Part shown: positions 1 to 9,841 of the stretch, one piece after another
How positions within the stretch are numbered: the stretch's first letter is position 1
Layout: each line of letters opens with the position of its first letter
Origin: Actinomycetes bacterium
Lineage (GTDB): Bacteria > Actinomycetota > Actinomycetes > S36-B12
NCBI GenBank assembly: GCA_024639145.1
Contig: JAHEIZ010000015.1
Coordinates: forward strand, 26,565 to 90,564
Length of the DNA stretch: 64,000 nucleotides
Direction: 5' to 3'
Translations under genes and position numbers: made by a program
Notes under the pieces: model-generated
Seen by the model: the letters and a program-made list of their open reading frames with translations, nothing else
What the model was told of the DNA's origin: nothing
Database searches by the model: none

Positions 1-1181
1 TGATCCCAGGAGTCGCCCGCGAAAGCCTTGTCGGTATCAGCGTAGGAGTCGCCGAGCACGCACTTGCCGTTCGCGATGTTCGCGAATGCATAGTTGATGT
101 GGGTGAGCTTCTGCCCCGCGATGTCGGAAACCTGGTAGTTGCGCGCGTAGGTTGCCCAGGCCGGGTAATAGCCGATGATCTTCCTGCTGCCGGAATAGCC
201 GCCCGACTTGGGCGCGTACGGAGTGACCGGAGTCGGCGAGGGGCTGACAGGGGTGCTGGCACTCGGCGAGGCCGTGGGCGACGGTGTTGCGGGGGTGGTC
301 GAGGACGAACCGGCAATCGCGCACGATCCCGCCGTAGAAGTGCACGTCACGGGCGCGGTGAAGGCGCCGTTGTCGGTCATGCCCATGGTTGCCGAGGCGC
401 CGGGGGCTAGTGCTGCGTTCCACGAGAGGTTCGTGGCTGTCAGACGGCCACCCGCGAGGCTGCCGGTCGCATTCCACATGCTGATGCTGCTGCCGGTCCA
501 CGGCAGGCTCACCGACCATCCATTGACAGCAGTCGTGCCGCTGTTCGTCACGGTCAGATCGACATTGCGGCCGGTGCCCCAGTCGGAGGTCACCTTCACG
601 CCGACCGTGATGGCCGCAGTCGATGCCGGTGCGGATGTCGAGGAAGGACTGGCAGATACCGTTGGGGTGGCGGTGGCCGCCGGTGACGGTGCAACCGTGG
701 GCGTAGCTGATGGGGATGTCGTCGGTGTCGTCGTGGGACTCGGGGCGGGTGTTGCCGAGCCGGCGGTCACGACCGAGCAGGTGCCGGCAGGGATCTCGCA
801 GGCGGTCGGCACGAGCGTGCCGCCATGCGGTGCGCCGAGGAAGCCGAAGGTCGTCGATGCTCCATTAGCGAGCGAGGTGTTCCAGCTCGGGCCAATGAAG
901 CGGTAGCCGTCAGTGGTAGATGCACTCGTGGCGTCCCAGACCGAGGTGATCGCGTTGACGTAGGGGATGCTCACCGACCAGGGATTGATCGTGTGGCCCG
1001 AGACGTTCGTGAGACGCACGGATCCCTGATAGCCGGTGCCCCAGTCCTGGGTGATGGTCCATTCCACCGTGACATCGGGCGTGGTGGCCTGAGCTCCCGC
1101 GGGGATCGCGACAGCCAGGGTCGACGCCGTCAGCGTCGCAAGCCCCAGCCCGGCGATCATCCGCGCTCTTGGTCGGTGCAT
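1..1181 (-). CDS. Secreted chitinase, signal peptide + two CBM2-like modules + GH18 catalytic domain (3' end outside window)
   Basis: Absent from the ORF track because it runs off the left edge. Reverse-strand reading from ATG 1181-1179 (GAGGAG RBS just upstream) stays open to position 1. It gives an MHRPRARMIAGLGLATLTASTLAVAIPAGAQA signal peptide and two modules (TVEWTITQDWGTGYQGSVRLTN..., ITVGVKVTSDWGTGRNVDLTVTN...) separated by Pro/Thr/Ser linkers. These are followed by a GH18 N-terminus, KIIGYYPAWATYARNYQVSDIAGQKLTHINYAFANI. The reading frame was checked at both ends. Confidence 0.8.
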   Translation of the reverse strand, partial: MHRPRARMIAGLGLATLTASTLAVAIPAGAQATTPDVTVEWTITQDWGTGYQGSVRLTNVSGHTINPWSVSIPYVNAITSVWDATSASTTDGYRFIGPSWNTSLANGASTTFGFLGAPHGGTLVPTACEIPAGTCSVVTAGSATPAPSPTTTPTTSPSATPTVAPSPAATATPTVSASPSSTSAPASTAAITVGVKVTSDWGTGRNVDLTVTNSGTTAVNGWSVSLPWTGSSISMWNATGSLAGGRLTATNLSWNAALAPGASATMGMTDNGAFTAPVTCTSTAGSCAIAGSSSTTPATPSPTASPSASTPVSPSPTPVTPYAPKSGGYSGSRKIIGYYPAWATYARNYQVSDIAGQKLTHINYAFANIANGKCVLGDSYADTDKAFAGDSWD

Positions 1182-1337
1182 ATATCTCTCCTCGTACTCG
1201 TCGGTTCATGGCGAGGGAGAGGGCTGCGGCCGCCTGGTCGCTCCCTCTCCCCGATGTCCCTTGGACGGCGAGGAAGGGTGAGGGGTTCCAAGAAATAGAA
1301 AAAATGTCTAAAATCTGACGGAAACCAGGAATACGCC

Positions 1338-1568
1338 TTACGGACGTCTCTTAGTGAGCAGGTCGATCAGCTCACGCCAGAAGTTCTGCTTCGGCGGGTT
1401 CTTCACTTCAAGGGCATCCCACTTCCAGCCATTCCAATGCCGGCGCAGTGCGGGATTCGTTGCATCGTCGTACCAGCCGGGCGCCCGATCGAAGTCGTTG
1501 ACGTCGTCAGTGCCGCCGCTGTCGGGTCCGCTGCTCATGGAGTCTCGTCCTGCATCGCGCTCACTCAT
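1338..1568 (-). CDS. Small DUF2510-like protein
   Basis: 76-aa ORF carrying PGWYDDATNPALRRHWNGWKW, which matches the GWY.D....RYWDG..W signature of DUF2510. Its start overlaps the stop of the upstream S4 gene by 4 nt. Confidence 0.6.
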   Translation of the reverse strand: MSERDAGRDSMSSGPDSGGTDDVNDFDRAPGWYDDATNPALRRHWNGWKWDALEVKNPPKQNFWRELIDLLTKRRP

Positions 1569-1945
1569 TCGCGACCCATCAACTTCTCGACCTGGCGGCG
1601 ATCACGCTTCGTCGGCCGGCCCGCACCACGATCACGGGTGCCAGCCGTTGCGCGTTCCTCCTTTGCCGGCGCCGGGGGAGTGAGGTCGTCATACATCGTC
1701 ACTGCGACCGGTGCGCCCACTCGCTTGTCGAGCAGGCCGAGCACCTTCACGATGCGCTCACCTCGAGTGTCGCGGACGCGAATCATGTCGCCGACCTTGA
1801 CTGACTGAGCCGGTTTCGCGCTCGCCGCGTTGACCTTGACGTGGCCGGCCTTGACGGCCGCGGTTGCTGCGGAGCGAGTTGGGAAGAGTCGCACGGCCCA
1901 CGTCCATGCATCGAGCCTGACGCTCGACGGTGACCCACCGCTCAT
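1565..1945 (-). CDS. RNA-binding S4 domain protein (Hsp15-like)
   Basis: VRLDAWTWAVRLFPTRSAATAAVKAGHVKVNAASAKPAQSVKVGDMIRV is an S4 fold signature. The start was chosen at MSGGSPSS (ATG 1945). The longer GTG start at 2038 would leave only 30 bp to the divergent gene. Confidence 0.7.
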   Translation of the reverse strand: MSGGSPSSVRLDAWTWAVRLFPTRSAATAAVKAGHVKVNAASAKPAQSVKVGDMIRVRDTRGERIVKVLGLLDKRVGAPVAVTMYDDLTPPAPAKEERATAGTRDRGAGRPTKRDRRQVEKLMGRE

Positions 1946-2068
1946 GTGACCAGAGTATGCCCAGGTGAAAGCTCCGCTGAGAATCCTGCGTGCTGTATTC
2001 ACCCGAGCGGCAGGGCGGGCGGCTACGGTCGTCGTCACAGATCGTTACTGGATTGCGAGAGGGCTGAC

Positions 2069-2545
2069 GTGACACATCGACTCGAGGATCGTGCCGAGAT
2101 TCAGGACCAGATGTTCGTGTATGCCCGGGCGACCGACTGGCTGGAGCCCGAGAATCACCTTCGGGTGTTCGCCGAGGAATGCGTCTTCGCGTCTCCCCAC
2201 AGCGGCGACATTCACGGTGCGCAGAACGTCGTCGATTGGATGAGCACCGTACTGCCGCAGTTCGAGGCGACCCAGCACCTCATCTCGAACATCACCATCG
2301 GCTTCACCGGTGAGCACACCGCCGACGCGGTCAGTTACGTGCGGGCATGGCATCGATTTCTCGATCAGTCCAAGCCCGACATGATCCTGTGGGGCGAGTA
2401 TCACGACAGGTGGGAGCGCATCGACGGCACCTGGCGGATTCGCGAGCGTCGCGTACTTGAAGCCGGTATCGAACCTCGTCGAGGCGGTGGCGCGCCGAAC
2501 CCCCGCCGGGCCAAGCAAGCACGGGATATCGACGCTGGCGGTTGA
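2069..2545 (+). CDS. SnoaL-like / NTF2-fold protein
   Basis: The ORF frame is 1946-2545, with a likely GTG start at 2069 (VTHRLEDRAEIQDQMFVYARATDW...). The layout (DWMSTVLPQFEATQHLISNITI, WGEYHDRWERIDGTWRIRERR) is typical of the SnoaL_4 family. Confidence 0.65.
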   Translation: MTHRLEDRAEIQDQMFVYARATDWLEPENHLRVFAEECVFASPHSGDIHGAQNVVDWMSTVLPQFEATQHLISNITIGFTGEHTADAVSYVRAWHRFLDQSKPDMILWGEYHDRWERIDGTWRIRERRVLEAGIEPRRGGGAPNPRRAKQARDIDAGG

Positions 2546-2633
2546 GCGGACGAAGCTCCGCACTGCCCGGGAATGCGGATGAGTGTCGCTGTGTTATTGT
2601 AGTTGAAACTTGAACTACTAACGAGGAGTGGCC

Positions 2634-3599
2634 ATGCCTGCCGCAACCGCCGACGCCCTGACCCTGCCGCGCTTTGCGCCAGCTCCGACCGCCGTGTCGC
2701 GGTCGGTCCTCTCGGTCACGCGCGGCCCGCGCGCCTTCGAGGGTGAGGGATTCCCGGTGCGCCGGGCCTTTGCCGGTGTGCCCTCCGACCAGCTCGACCC
2801 GTTCATTCACATGGACCAGATGGGCGAGGTCGAGTACGGAGCGGGTGAGCCCAAGGGCACGCCATGGCATCCGCACCGCGGATTCGAGACCTTCACCTAC
2901 TTGATCGACGGCCAGTTCCTTCACCAGGATTCCAATGGTGGCGGCGGCGTGATCCTCGATGGCGGCACCCAGTACATGACCGCGGGCGACGGAATCCTGC
3001 ACATCGAGACCCCGCCCGAGGCGCTCGTCGAATCGGGCGGACTCTTCCACGGCATTCAGCTGTGGATCAACCTGCCCCGTGACAAGAAGCGCATCGCTCC
3101 GCAGTACCAGGATCTGCAGGGTGGTGACTCGGTGATGGTCGCCGCAGCCGACGGAGGCTCGTATGTGCGCGTGCTCGCCGGTGCTGTCGACGGGCATCAA
3201 GGCCCCGGCATCTCGCACACGCCGCTGGCGATCACGCACGTGACAGTGGCGCCCGGCGCGAGCATCTCGATTCCGTGGCCCTCGAACTTCAATGCACTCG
3301 CATACGTTCTTGCTGGCAGTGGAGCGATCGGTGCCGAGCAGCGCATCATCTCCGAGGGTCAGCTCGCCGTGCTCGTGAAGGGTGATCTCATCGAGATCAC
3401 CGCCGACGCGAAGCAGGATTCGCGCACCGAGAACCTTGAGGTCTTCCTCATCGGTGGCGTGCCGCTGCGCGAGCCCGTGGTGGCTTACGGCCCGTTCGTG
3501 ATGAGCACCGTGGAAGAGATCCAAGAGGCCTTCGAGGACTACCAGAAGGGTCGCCTCGGCAGCGTGCCTGCCAATGCGATCCAGCCGCACCGTGCGTGA
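2634..3599 (+). CDS. Pirin family protein
   Basis: RGPRAFEGEGFPVRRAF, DPFIHMDQMG, PWHPHRGFETFTYLIDG and YMTAGDGILHIE are classic pirin cupin motifs. ATG 2634 lies 5 nt after a GAGGAG RBS. Confidence 0.9.
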   Translation: MPAATADALTLPRFAPAPTAVSRSVLSVTRGPRAFEGEGFPVRRAFAGVPSDQLDPFIHMDQMGEVEYGAGEPKGTPWHPHRGFETFTYLIDGQFLHQDSNGGGGVILDGGTQYMTAGDGILHIETPPEALVESGGLFHGIQLWINLPRDKKRIAPQYQDLQGGDSVMVAAADGGSYVRVLAGAVDGHQGPGISHTPLAITHVTVAPGASISIPWPSNFNALAYVLAGSGAIGAEQRIISEGQLAVLVKGDLIEITADAKQDSRTENLEVFLIGGVPLREPVVAYGPFVMSTVEEIQEAFEDYQKGRLGSVPANAIQPHRA

Positions 3600-3622
3600 A
3601 TGAACCGCATGAATCACTGCTC

Positions 3623-3663
3623 AATAACGAAGGTCCCGCCCATTGGGCGGGACCTTCGTTATT
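3623..3663. terminator. Bidirectional hairpin terminator between convergent pirin and SHOCT genes
   Basis: Near-perfect inverted repeat AATAACGAAGGTCCCGCCCA/TGGGCGGGACCTTCGTTATT, with A/T-rich flanks on both sides. Confidence 0.7.
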
Positions 3664-3672
3664 GAACGGGGA

Positions 3673-3924
3673 CTAGATGCCCAGTGCCTTGGCCTTGGCC
3701 GCGGCGAACTCCTCGTCGGTGAGGATGCCCTGCTTGTGCAGCTCGGCAAGCTTCTGCACCTGTGCCATCGGATCCTCATCCGAGGCTGCGGGTGCTGCTG
3801 CGGGAGCGGCAGACTGCGCTGCTGCAGCGTCCTGTGCTGCGTACTTCTGCTGCTGGTTGCGCTGAACGCGACCGGAGACTGCCGAGGCGGTGCCGGCGAC
3901 TGCTGCTACGCGAAGAAGACCCAT
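3673..3924 (-). CDS. SHOCT domain protein
   Basis: The C-terminal QKLAELHKQGILTDEEFAAAKAKAL is the SHOCT motif. The N-terminal half is hydrophobic, with an Ala/Gln-rich linker. Confidence 0.7.
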   Translation of the reverse strand: MGLLRVAAVAGTASAVSGRVQRNQQQKYAAQDAAAAQSAAPAAAPAASDEDPMAQVQKLAELHKQGILTDEEFAAAKAKALGI

Positions 3925-3949
3925 GATGAACCTGCTCTCTCTTGGTTGG

Positions 3950-4372
3950 TTATTCGAATGCGGAAGCGACGAAGTCGTCGACGACTGCGGCGGGAATGCG
4001 AACCTGGTCGATCACGATGGCATCAGCGGCGAGGATCGCGTCACTGAACTTCGCAGCCCACGTGTTCTCGAAGGCAACGAGTAGGGCTGAGGAGCCCGGC
4101 TCGAGATCTTCGCTGAGCTCTTGGGCGTCCTCATGATCAAGTGCGCCGGAATGCGTGACGTCGATTTCGAGGTAGGCCGGGCCGTGCTCGGGATCGAGAT
4201 CGGCGATCTCGAGGGTGGTGATGGTGCCGTCGAGATCCTTGCTCACGAAGAGGAGGTCGATCAGGCGGATGGTCTTGTTCTCGACGAGCTCCAGCAGTGC
4301 CGGGGCGATCTGGCCCGAGAACTTGTTACCGGGAAAGCCGATGATGATGACGTCAACGGGACCGAAGCCCAT
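3950..4372 (-). CDS. DUF6325-like conserved hypothetical protein
   Basis: MGFGPVDVIIIGFPGNKFSGQIAPALLELVENKTIRLIDLLFV...ALLVAFENTWAAKF matches my recollection of the DUF6325 family, which is often paired with SHOCT genes. The start was moved to the internal ATG at 4372. Confidence 0.6.
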   Translation of the reverse strand: MGFGPVDVIIIGFPGNKFSGQIAPALLELVENKTIRLIDLLFVSKDLDGTITTLEIADLDPEHGPAYLEIDVTHSGALDHEDAQELSEDLEPGSSALLVAFENTWAAKFSDAILAADAIVIDQVRIPAAVVDDFVASAFE

Positions 4373-4446
4373 GTGAACTCCTACGTATGGAAGGGGTAGT
4401 GCGTCCCTCCAGTGTAAGCGAGCCACCGAACGGGGGACTCAGGCCT

Positions 4447-5898
4447 TCACGATCGTGATGCAGCCACCGCTCTGGACGCCCGACGTCCGAAGATAACTCC
4501 TCCGGCAAGGCTCATGCCGCTGCCGTACTCGTCGCCGTCCTGTGACAGATGCGAGGTGCAGGCGCCGGCGGCATAGAGCCCCGGGATTGCGCTGCCGTCC
4601 TCGCGCAGCACGCGGGAATCCGCATCCGTCCACAGGCCGCCCAGTGACATCCAGTGGTAGTCGGAGGTCGGGATCGACAGATCGAAGACGGCGTAGGGCG
4701 GCTCGAGGACCGTGATCCAGTCGGGGTGCTTGTGGAATTGGGTGTCCTCACCGTTCTCCGCATCGGTGTTGTAGTCGTCGAGGGTGCGCTGGAGAACCTC
4801 CGCGGGCACCTTCATTGCAGCGGCCATCTCAGGTACTGACTCATAGGCATCCATGAAGATGTGCGAACCGTGCTTGGGGTAGTCGAAGGACTCCTCGTCG
4901 AGAATCAAGAATGCCTTATGACCGGGTTGCTTCTCCGTGTAGACCGCGGTGCGACCGTGATAGGCGTCCTCGGTCACGAAGCGCTCGCCATTGGCGTTGA
5001 CGATGATGCCCTTGATGAGCTGCGGCGGGGGATAGATCGATGCGGTCGGCACAGTGCCGTGCATGCCACGCTCAGCTCCGCCGACTGACTCACCGAGCAG
5101 CAGACCGGCACCGTCATTCTGCGGAGTTCCCAGGGGCTTGCCATAGGTAGCAAAGGTCGGCATGTGCTTCATGGTGATCTCGGCATTGAGGTTGAAGCTG
5201 CCAGCGGCGATCATGACGCCGAGCGTGCCCCGCACGAAGAGGTCAGCACCTTCCTTGCGCACCTTCACGCCAACCACGCGATCGCCGTCGATGACAAGTG
5301 CGGTGACAGCCGCGTCATAGATGACAGGAACTGCGCGCTCCTTGACGGTGGCGAGCACGGCGTTCATCGCGACGGAGCCACCGCTGATCTCGCCTTGGCC
5401 AGACACCTGATGGCCGCGCATGACCGGCGTGGCGATGTCGCGGAACGGCCACACCTTCTCATTGCAGGTACTGAGCAGGCCCTCGCCGGAGCGGATGTAG
5501 ACCGCCTTCTCCTTGTACGCCTCGCGCTTGAACGGCACGCCCTGTGACTCGAGCCAGTCGAATGCCTCGACGCTTTCGTCAATATAGGCATCGAGCTTCT
5601 CTGTATCGGGGGAGGTGATCATCGCCTCCATGAACGCGCGGTAATTGTCGACGCTCTCGTCGTAGCCGACTGCCTTCTGCAGGGCAGTACCGCCGCCAAA
5701 GTAGAAAATTCCCTGCGAGAGCGCGCTCGCGCCGCCACCACCGCTGGCTCGCTCGATAACGAGGACGTCGACTCCGAGTTGCTGCGCCTCGAGTGCCGCG
5801 GAGGAACCGGCAATGCCCAGGCCGATGACCACGAACTCGGCCGTGTGATCCCAGACGGGAACGTCTGCGGCACTGACGGGTGGCTCGACGATGCTCAT
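4447..5898 (-). CDS. FAD-binding dehydrogenase (FAD_binding_2 family; KstD/fumarate-reductase flavoprotein-like)
   Basis: N-terminal dinucleotide fold FVVIGLGIAGSSAALEA...VIERASGGGGAS and C-terminal IPGLYAAGACTS motif. Confidence 0.85.
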   Translation of the reverse strand: MSIVEPPVSAADVPVWDHTAEFVVIGLGIAGSSAALEAQQLGVDVLVIERASGGGGASALSQGIFYFGGGTALQKAVGYDESVDNYRAFMEAMITSPDTEKLDAYIDESVEAFDWLESQGVPFKREAYKEKAVYIRSGEGLLSTCNEKVWPFRDIATPVMRGHQVSGQGEISGGSVAMNAVLATVKERAVPVIYDAAVTALVIDGDRVVGVKVRKEGADLFVRGTLGVMIAAGSFNLNAEITMKHMPTFATYGKPLGTPQNDGAGLLLGESVGGAERGMHGTVPTASIYPPPQLIKGIIVNANGERFVTEDAYHGRTAVYTEKQPGHKAFLILDEESFDYPKHGSHIFMDAYESVPEMAAAMKVPAEVLQRTLDDYNTDAENGEDTQFHKHPDWITVLEPPYAVFDLSIPTSDYHWMSLGGLWTDADSRVLREDGSAIPGLYAAGACTSHLSQDGDEYGSGMSLAGGVIFGRRASRAVAASRS

Positions 5899-6007
5899 GC
5901 GGTTCCTTCGTTCGGGGCTTCTTAACCTACACAGCCGCTGGGCGGGATTTCACGGGTTGTCTAGATGAATTCATGCGGGGTTGGTCACCCGCTGGAATAC
6001 TCCAGCC

Positions 6008-6799
6008 ATGTCCATTCTCGATCTCTTCCGCGTCGACGGCCAGGTCGCCGTCATCACCGGCTCCGGCCGCGGCATCGGCCGCGCCATCACGATTGCTCTC
6101 GCCGAGGCCGGCGCTGATGTCGTGATCACCTCGCGTCGCGCGGATGAAGTGGCGGCAGTTGCCGCGGAGGTGCGCGCCCTCGGGCGACGGGCCCTCGAAG
6201 TGCCCGGTGACCTGAAGAAGCCGGGAATGCCGAAGGAGCTCGCCGAGGCGGCGATTGCCGAGTTCGGGCGACTCGATATCTGGATCAACAATGCCGGTGG
6301 CACTGACGATGCGCATGTGCAGCCGATGACCGTGACCACAGATGATCAGATGCGCGACATGCTCGAGCTCAACCTGATCGCTGCGGCCGCAGGATCGCGC
6401 GAAGCAGCCCTGCGCATGCCGAACGGCGGCGCGATCGTGAACATCTCTTCGGGCGCGGGCATGCGTGCGGCGCCGAATACCGCGGCGTATGCCGCATCGA
6501 AGGCCGCGCTGCTGAATCTCACCCAGACCATGGCTGCCGAGCTGGCGTCCGCCGGTATTCGCGTGAACGCGATCTCGCCCGGCATGGTGCCGACCGAATC
6601 GTTCTACCGAGTGCTGCAGTTCACCGACGCCGACATGCCCAAGCTCGCCGCCACCGTGCCGCTCGGGCGCATGGGCACGCCGGAGGACATGGCCGCAGGC
6701 GTGCTCTACCTCGCCTCACCGGCCGCGGGCTGGGTCACCGGCCAGAACATCTTGATCGGCGGAGGTCGCGACGGCGGTAAGTCGGTCGAGCACCGCTAG
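6008..6799 (+). CDS. SDR family oxidoreductase
   Basis: VAVITGSGRGIGRAI (TGxxxGIG), NNAG and YAASKAA (YxxxK) motifs. The start was placed at MSILDLF. Confidence 0.9.
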   Translation: MSILDLFRVDGQVAVITGSGRGIGRAITIALAEAGADVVITSRRADEVAAVAAEVRALGRRALEVPGDLKKPGMPKELAEAAIAEFGRLDIWINNAGGTDDAHVQPMTVTTDDQMRDMLELNLIAAAAGSREAALRMPNGGAIVNISSGAGMRAAPNTAAYAASKAALLNLTQTMAAELASAGIRVNAISPGMVPTESFYRVLQFTDADMPKLAATVPLGRMGTPEDMAAGVLYLASPAAGWVTGQNILIGGGRDGGKSVEHR

Positions 6800-6834
6800 C
6801 CAGCGCCGCTCGCCCCTGAGGGCACAATTGCCTG

Positions 6835-7740
6835 ATGGTCACGGGAATCGGCTGGATGCCATGGCGCTATGCGCTGTGGATGGCGGCAATCGCTGCCGTG
6901 CTCTGGCTGATCCTGCGCTTGTTCCCGCGAAGCAGGAACGTCGCCTGGATCATGCGCGAGACAGCCTTGGTCATGGTGCTCTATGCCTTGTGGCAGTACG
7001 CCGGCTCATTCGACTTCGGTGATTTCAGCAAGGCCGATGAATCCGGGCTCTGGCTCGCGAATCTTGAGAGCGTTCTGCACTGGCCGAGTGAGGCGTGGTT
7101 CCAGGCGCCCGTGCTGAGCAGTGAGCTCGCCATGAAGATCGCCGACTCGTACTACGCCAGCCTGCACATTCCCGTCTTCATCATCACGCTGATCTGGGTG
7201 CTCGTCTTCCATCGTCGCGACTGGAACTTCGTGCGCACGACCACGGCGCTTCTCACCGGGGCCTGCCTGGTCATCCAGTTCATCCCGGTGGCACCGCCGC
7301 GCCTTCTGCCTTCGCTGGGTATCGCGGACACGGCGCAGCTCACGGGCCTCTCGGTGTATCAGGCGATTCCGGGCGCCAATCAGTTCGCGGCCATGCCCTC
7401 GGTGCACTGCGGGTGGGCGGCTGCTGCGGCCTTCTTCATCATCGTCGTGGCCCGAAGCCCGTGGCGATGGCTGGCCGTGCTCTATCCCATCGCGACCTTG
7501 TGGGTCGTGGTGGTCACGGGCAATCACTTCATCATCGACGGAGTCGTGGCCTACATCCTGCTGGCCGCTGCCGCGGCAATCGCGTGCATCTTCCCGAGTC
7601 AGCGACCGGTGCGCTGGAGCCGGAACAGGGGAGTGATCGACTCCGCGGAGGCCCGATCCGAGGGCCCCGCCTCGAACCATGAGGCCGCGCAGGCTCCTGG
7701 AGACGTCCATGAAGACCTGCGCACCTTGACGAGTGAGTAA
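6835..7740 (+). CDS. PAP2 superfamily membrane protein (PAP2_3 / IPC-synthase-like)
   Basis: Multiple TM segments. The motifs PSVHCGWA and GNHFIIDGVVA resemble PAP2 C2/C3 motifs. Confidence 0.7.
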   Translation: MVTGIGWMPWRYALWMAAIAAVLWLILRLFPRSRNVAWIMRETALVMVLYALWQYAGSFDFGDFSKADESGLWLANLESVLHWPSEAWFQAPVLSSELAMKIADSYYASLHIPVFIITLIWVLVFHRRDWNFVRTTTALLTGACLVIQFIPVAPPRLLPSLGIADTAQLTGLSVYQAIPGANQFAAMPSVHCGWAAAAAFFIIVVARSPWRWLAVLYPIATLWVVVVTGNHFIIDGVVAYILLAAAAAIACIFPSQRPVRWSRNRGVIDSAEARSEGPASNHEAAQAPGDVHEDLRTLTSE

Positions 7741-7756
7741 TACCAGGTAATACTTT
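7726..7756 (+). promoter_or_regulatory. Putative promoter for a leaderless antitoxin transcript
   Basis: TTGACG (7726-7731) is followed by TAATAC/TACTTT -10 candidates (7748-7756) that end 5-8 nt before ATG 7761. A direct repeat GTAATAC-cag-GTAATAC (7737-7753) overlaps it. There is no SD sequence before the ATG. Confidence 0.35.
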
Positions 7757-7760
7757 CTCC

Positions 7761-8009
7761 ATGAAGACGGCTATCTCGATGCCCGACGAGCTCTACGCCG
7801 AGGTCGACAAGAAGGTCGCGGAACTCGAGACCACTCGCTCGCAGTTTCTCGCCTCGGCCGCCCGGCACTACCTCGATGCACTATCAGTGAGTGCGATCGA
7901 AGTGGCTGTTCAGCAGGCGGTCGCGAACATTGGAAATAGCGGCACTGATCCCATTGACCGCGTCTGGATGGATGTCGCCGCGTCGCGGGTGCTTGAGGAG
8001 ACCTGGTGA
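7761..8009 (+). CDS. Type II antitoxin, ribbon-helix-helix (MazE/CopG-like)
   Basis: MKTAISMPDELYAEVDKKVAELETTRSQFLASAARHYL is an RHH motif. The 82-aa ORF overlaps the toxin gene by 4 nt. Confidence 0.75.
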   Translation: MKTAISMPDELYAEVDKKVAELETTRSQFLASAARHYLDALSVSAIEVAVQQAVANIGNSGTDPIDRVWMDVAASRVLEETW

Positions 8010-8359
8010 TCGCGCAAGGGGAAATCAGGTGGATCTCGCTTGGCGAACCACAGGGGTCGGCCCCCGCTGGGAGGCGTCCCGTCGTGATTCTCCAGTCTGA
8101 TGCCTTCAATCGCACCGACCTAGCCACCACGATCGTGGCCGTCGTCACCCGAAAGACTCGATTGGCTCAGATGCCAGGAAACGTCTTCTTGCCCGCCGAT
8201 TCGTGCGGGCTTGGGAGCGATTCGGTCGTCAATGTCACTGCTCTGACAACTGTCAACAAAGCACACTTGGGTGAACCTGCGGGCGTTCTTCCTCTTCATC
8301 TCTGGCAGGAAGTCGTACGAGGCGTGCAACTCGTCCTGAATTCGCCGTTCGCTGCTTAA
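8006..8359 (+). CDS. mazF: Type II toxin, MazF/PemK family endoribonuclease
   Basis: GEIRWISLGEPQGSAPAGRRPVVILQSDAFN...TIVAVVT and GLGSDSVVNVTALTTVNKAHL match the PemK/MazF fold signature. Confidence 0.85.
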   Translation: MIAQGEIRWISLGEPQGSAPAGRRPVVILQSDAFNRTDLATTIVAVVTRKTRLAQMPGNVFLPADSCGLGSDSVVNVTALTTVNKAHLGEPAGVLPLHLWQEVVRGVQLVLNSPFAA

Positions 8360-8399
8360 GCGGGCACGCGCGTCGAAGTGCGCCCCCGGTGCCCCCTAG

Positions 8400-9830
<1,431 letters not shown>

Positions 9831-9841
9831 TGCCCTCTCTC

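Noticed and set aside
208-906. 232-aa plus-strand ORF, and the 37-519 minus-strand ORF in another frame
   Set aside because: Both overlap the open, edge-truncated chitinase reading frame on the minus strand. That frame shows a signal peptide and CBM2 and GH18 signatures. The alternative frames give low-complexity Gly/Val/Ala or Arg-rich products.
1295-1325. DasR dre-like site (consensus ACTGGTCTAGACCACT) upstream of the chitinase
   Set aside because: The best alignment, TCAGATTTTAGACAT, matches only about half of the core positions. That is too weak to call.
2331-3617. 428-aa minus-strand ORF
   Set aside because: It is antisense to the pirin gene, which has unmistakable cupin motifs, and it overlaps the SnoaL-like gene. 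Its composition is Arg/Gly/His-rich and no family was recognised.
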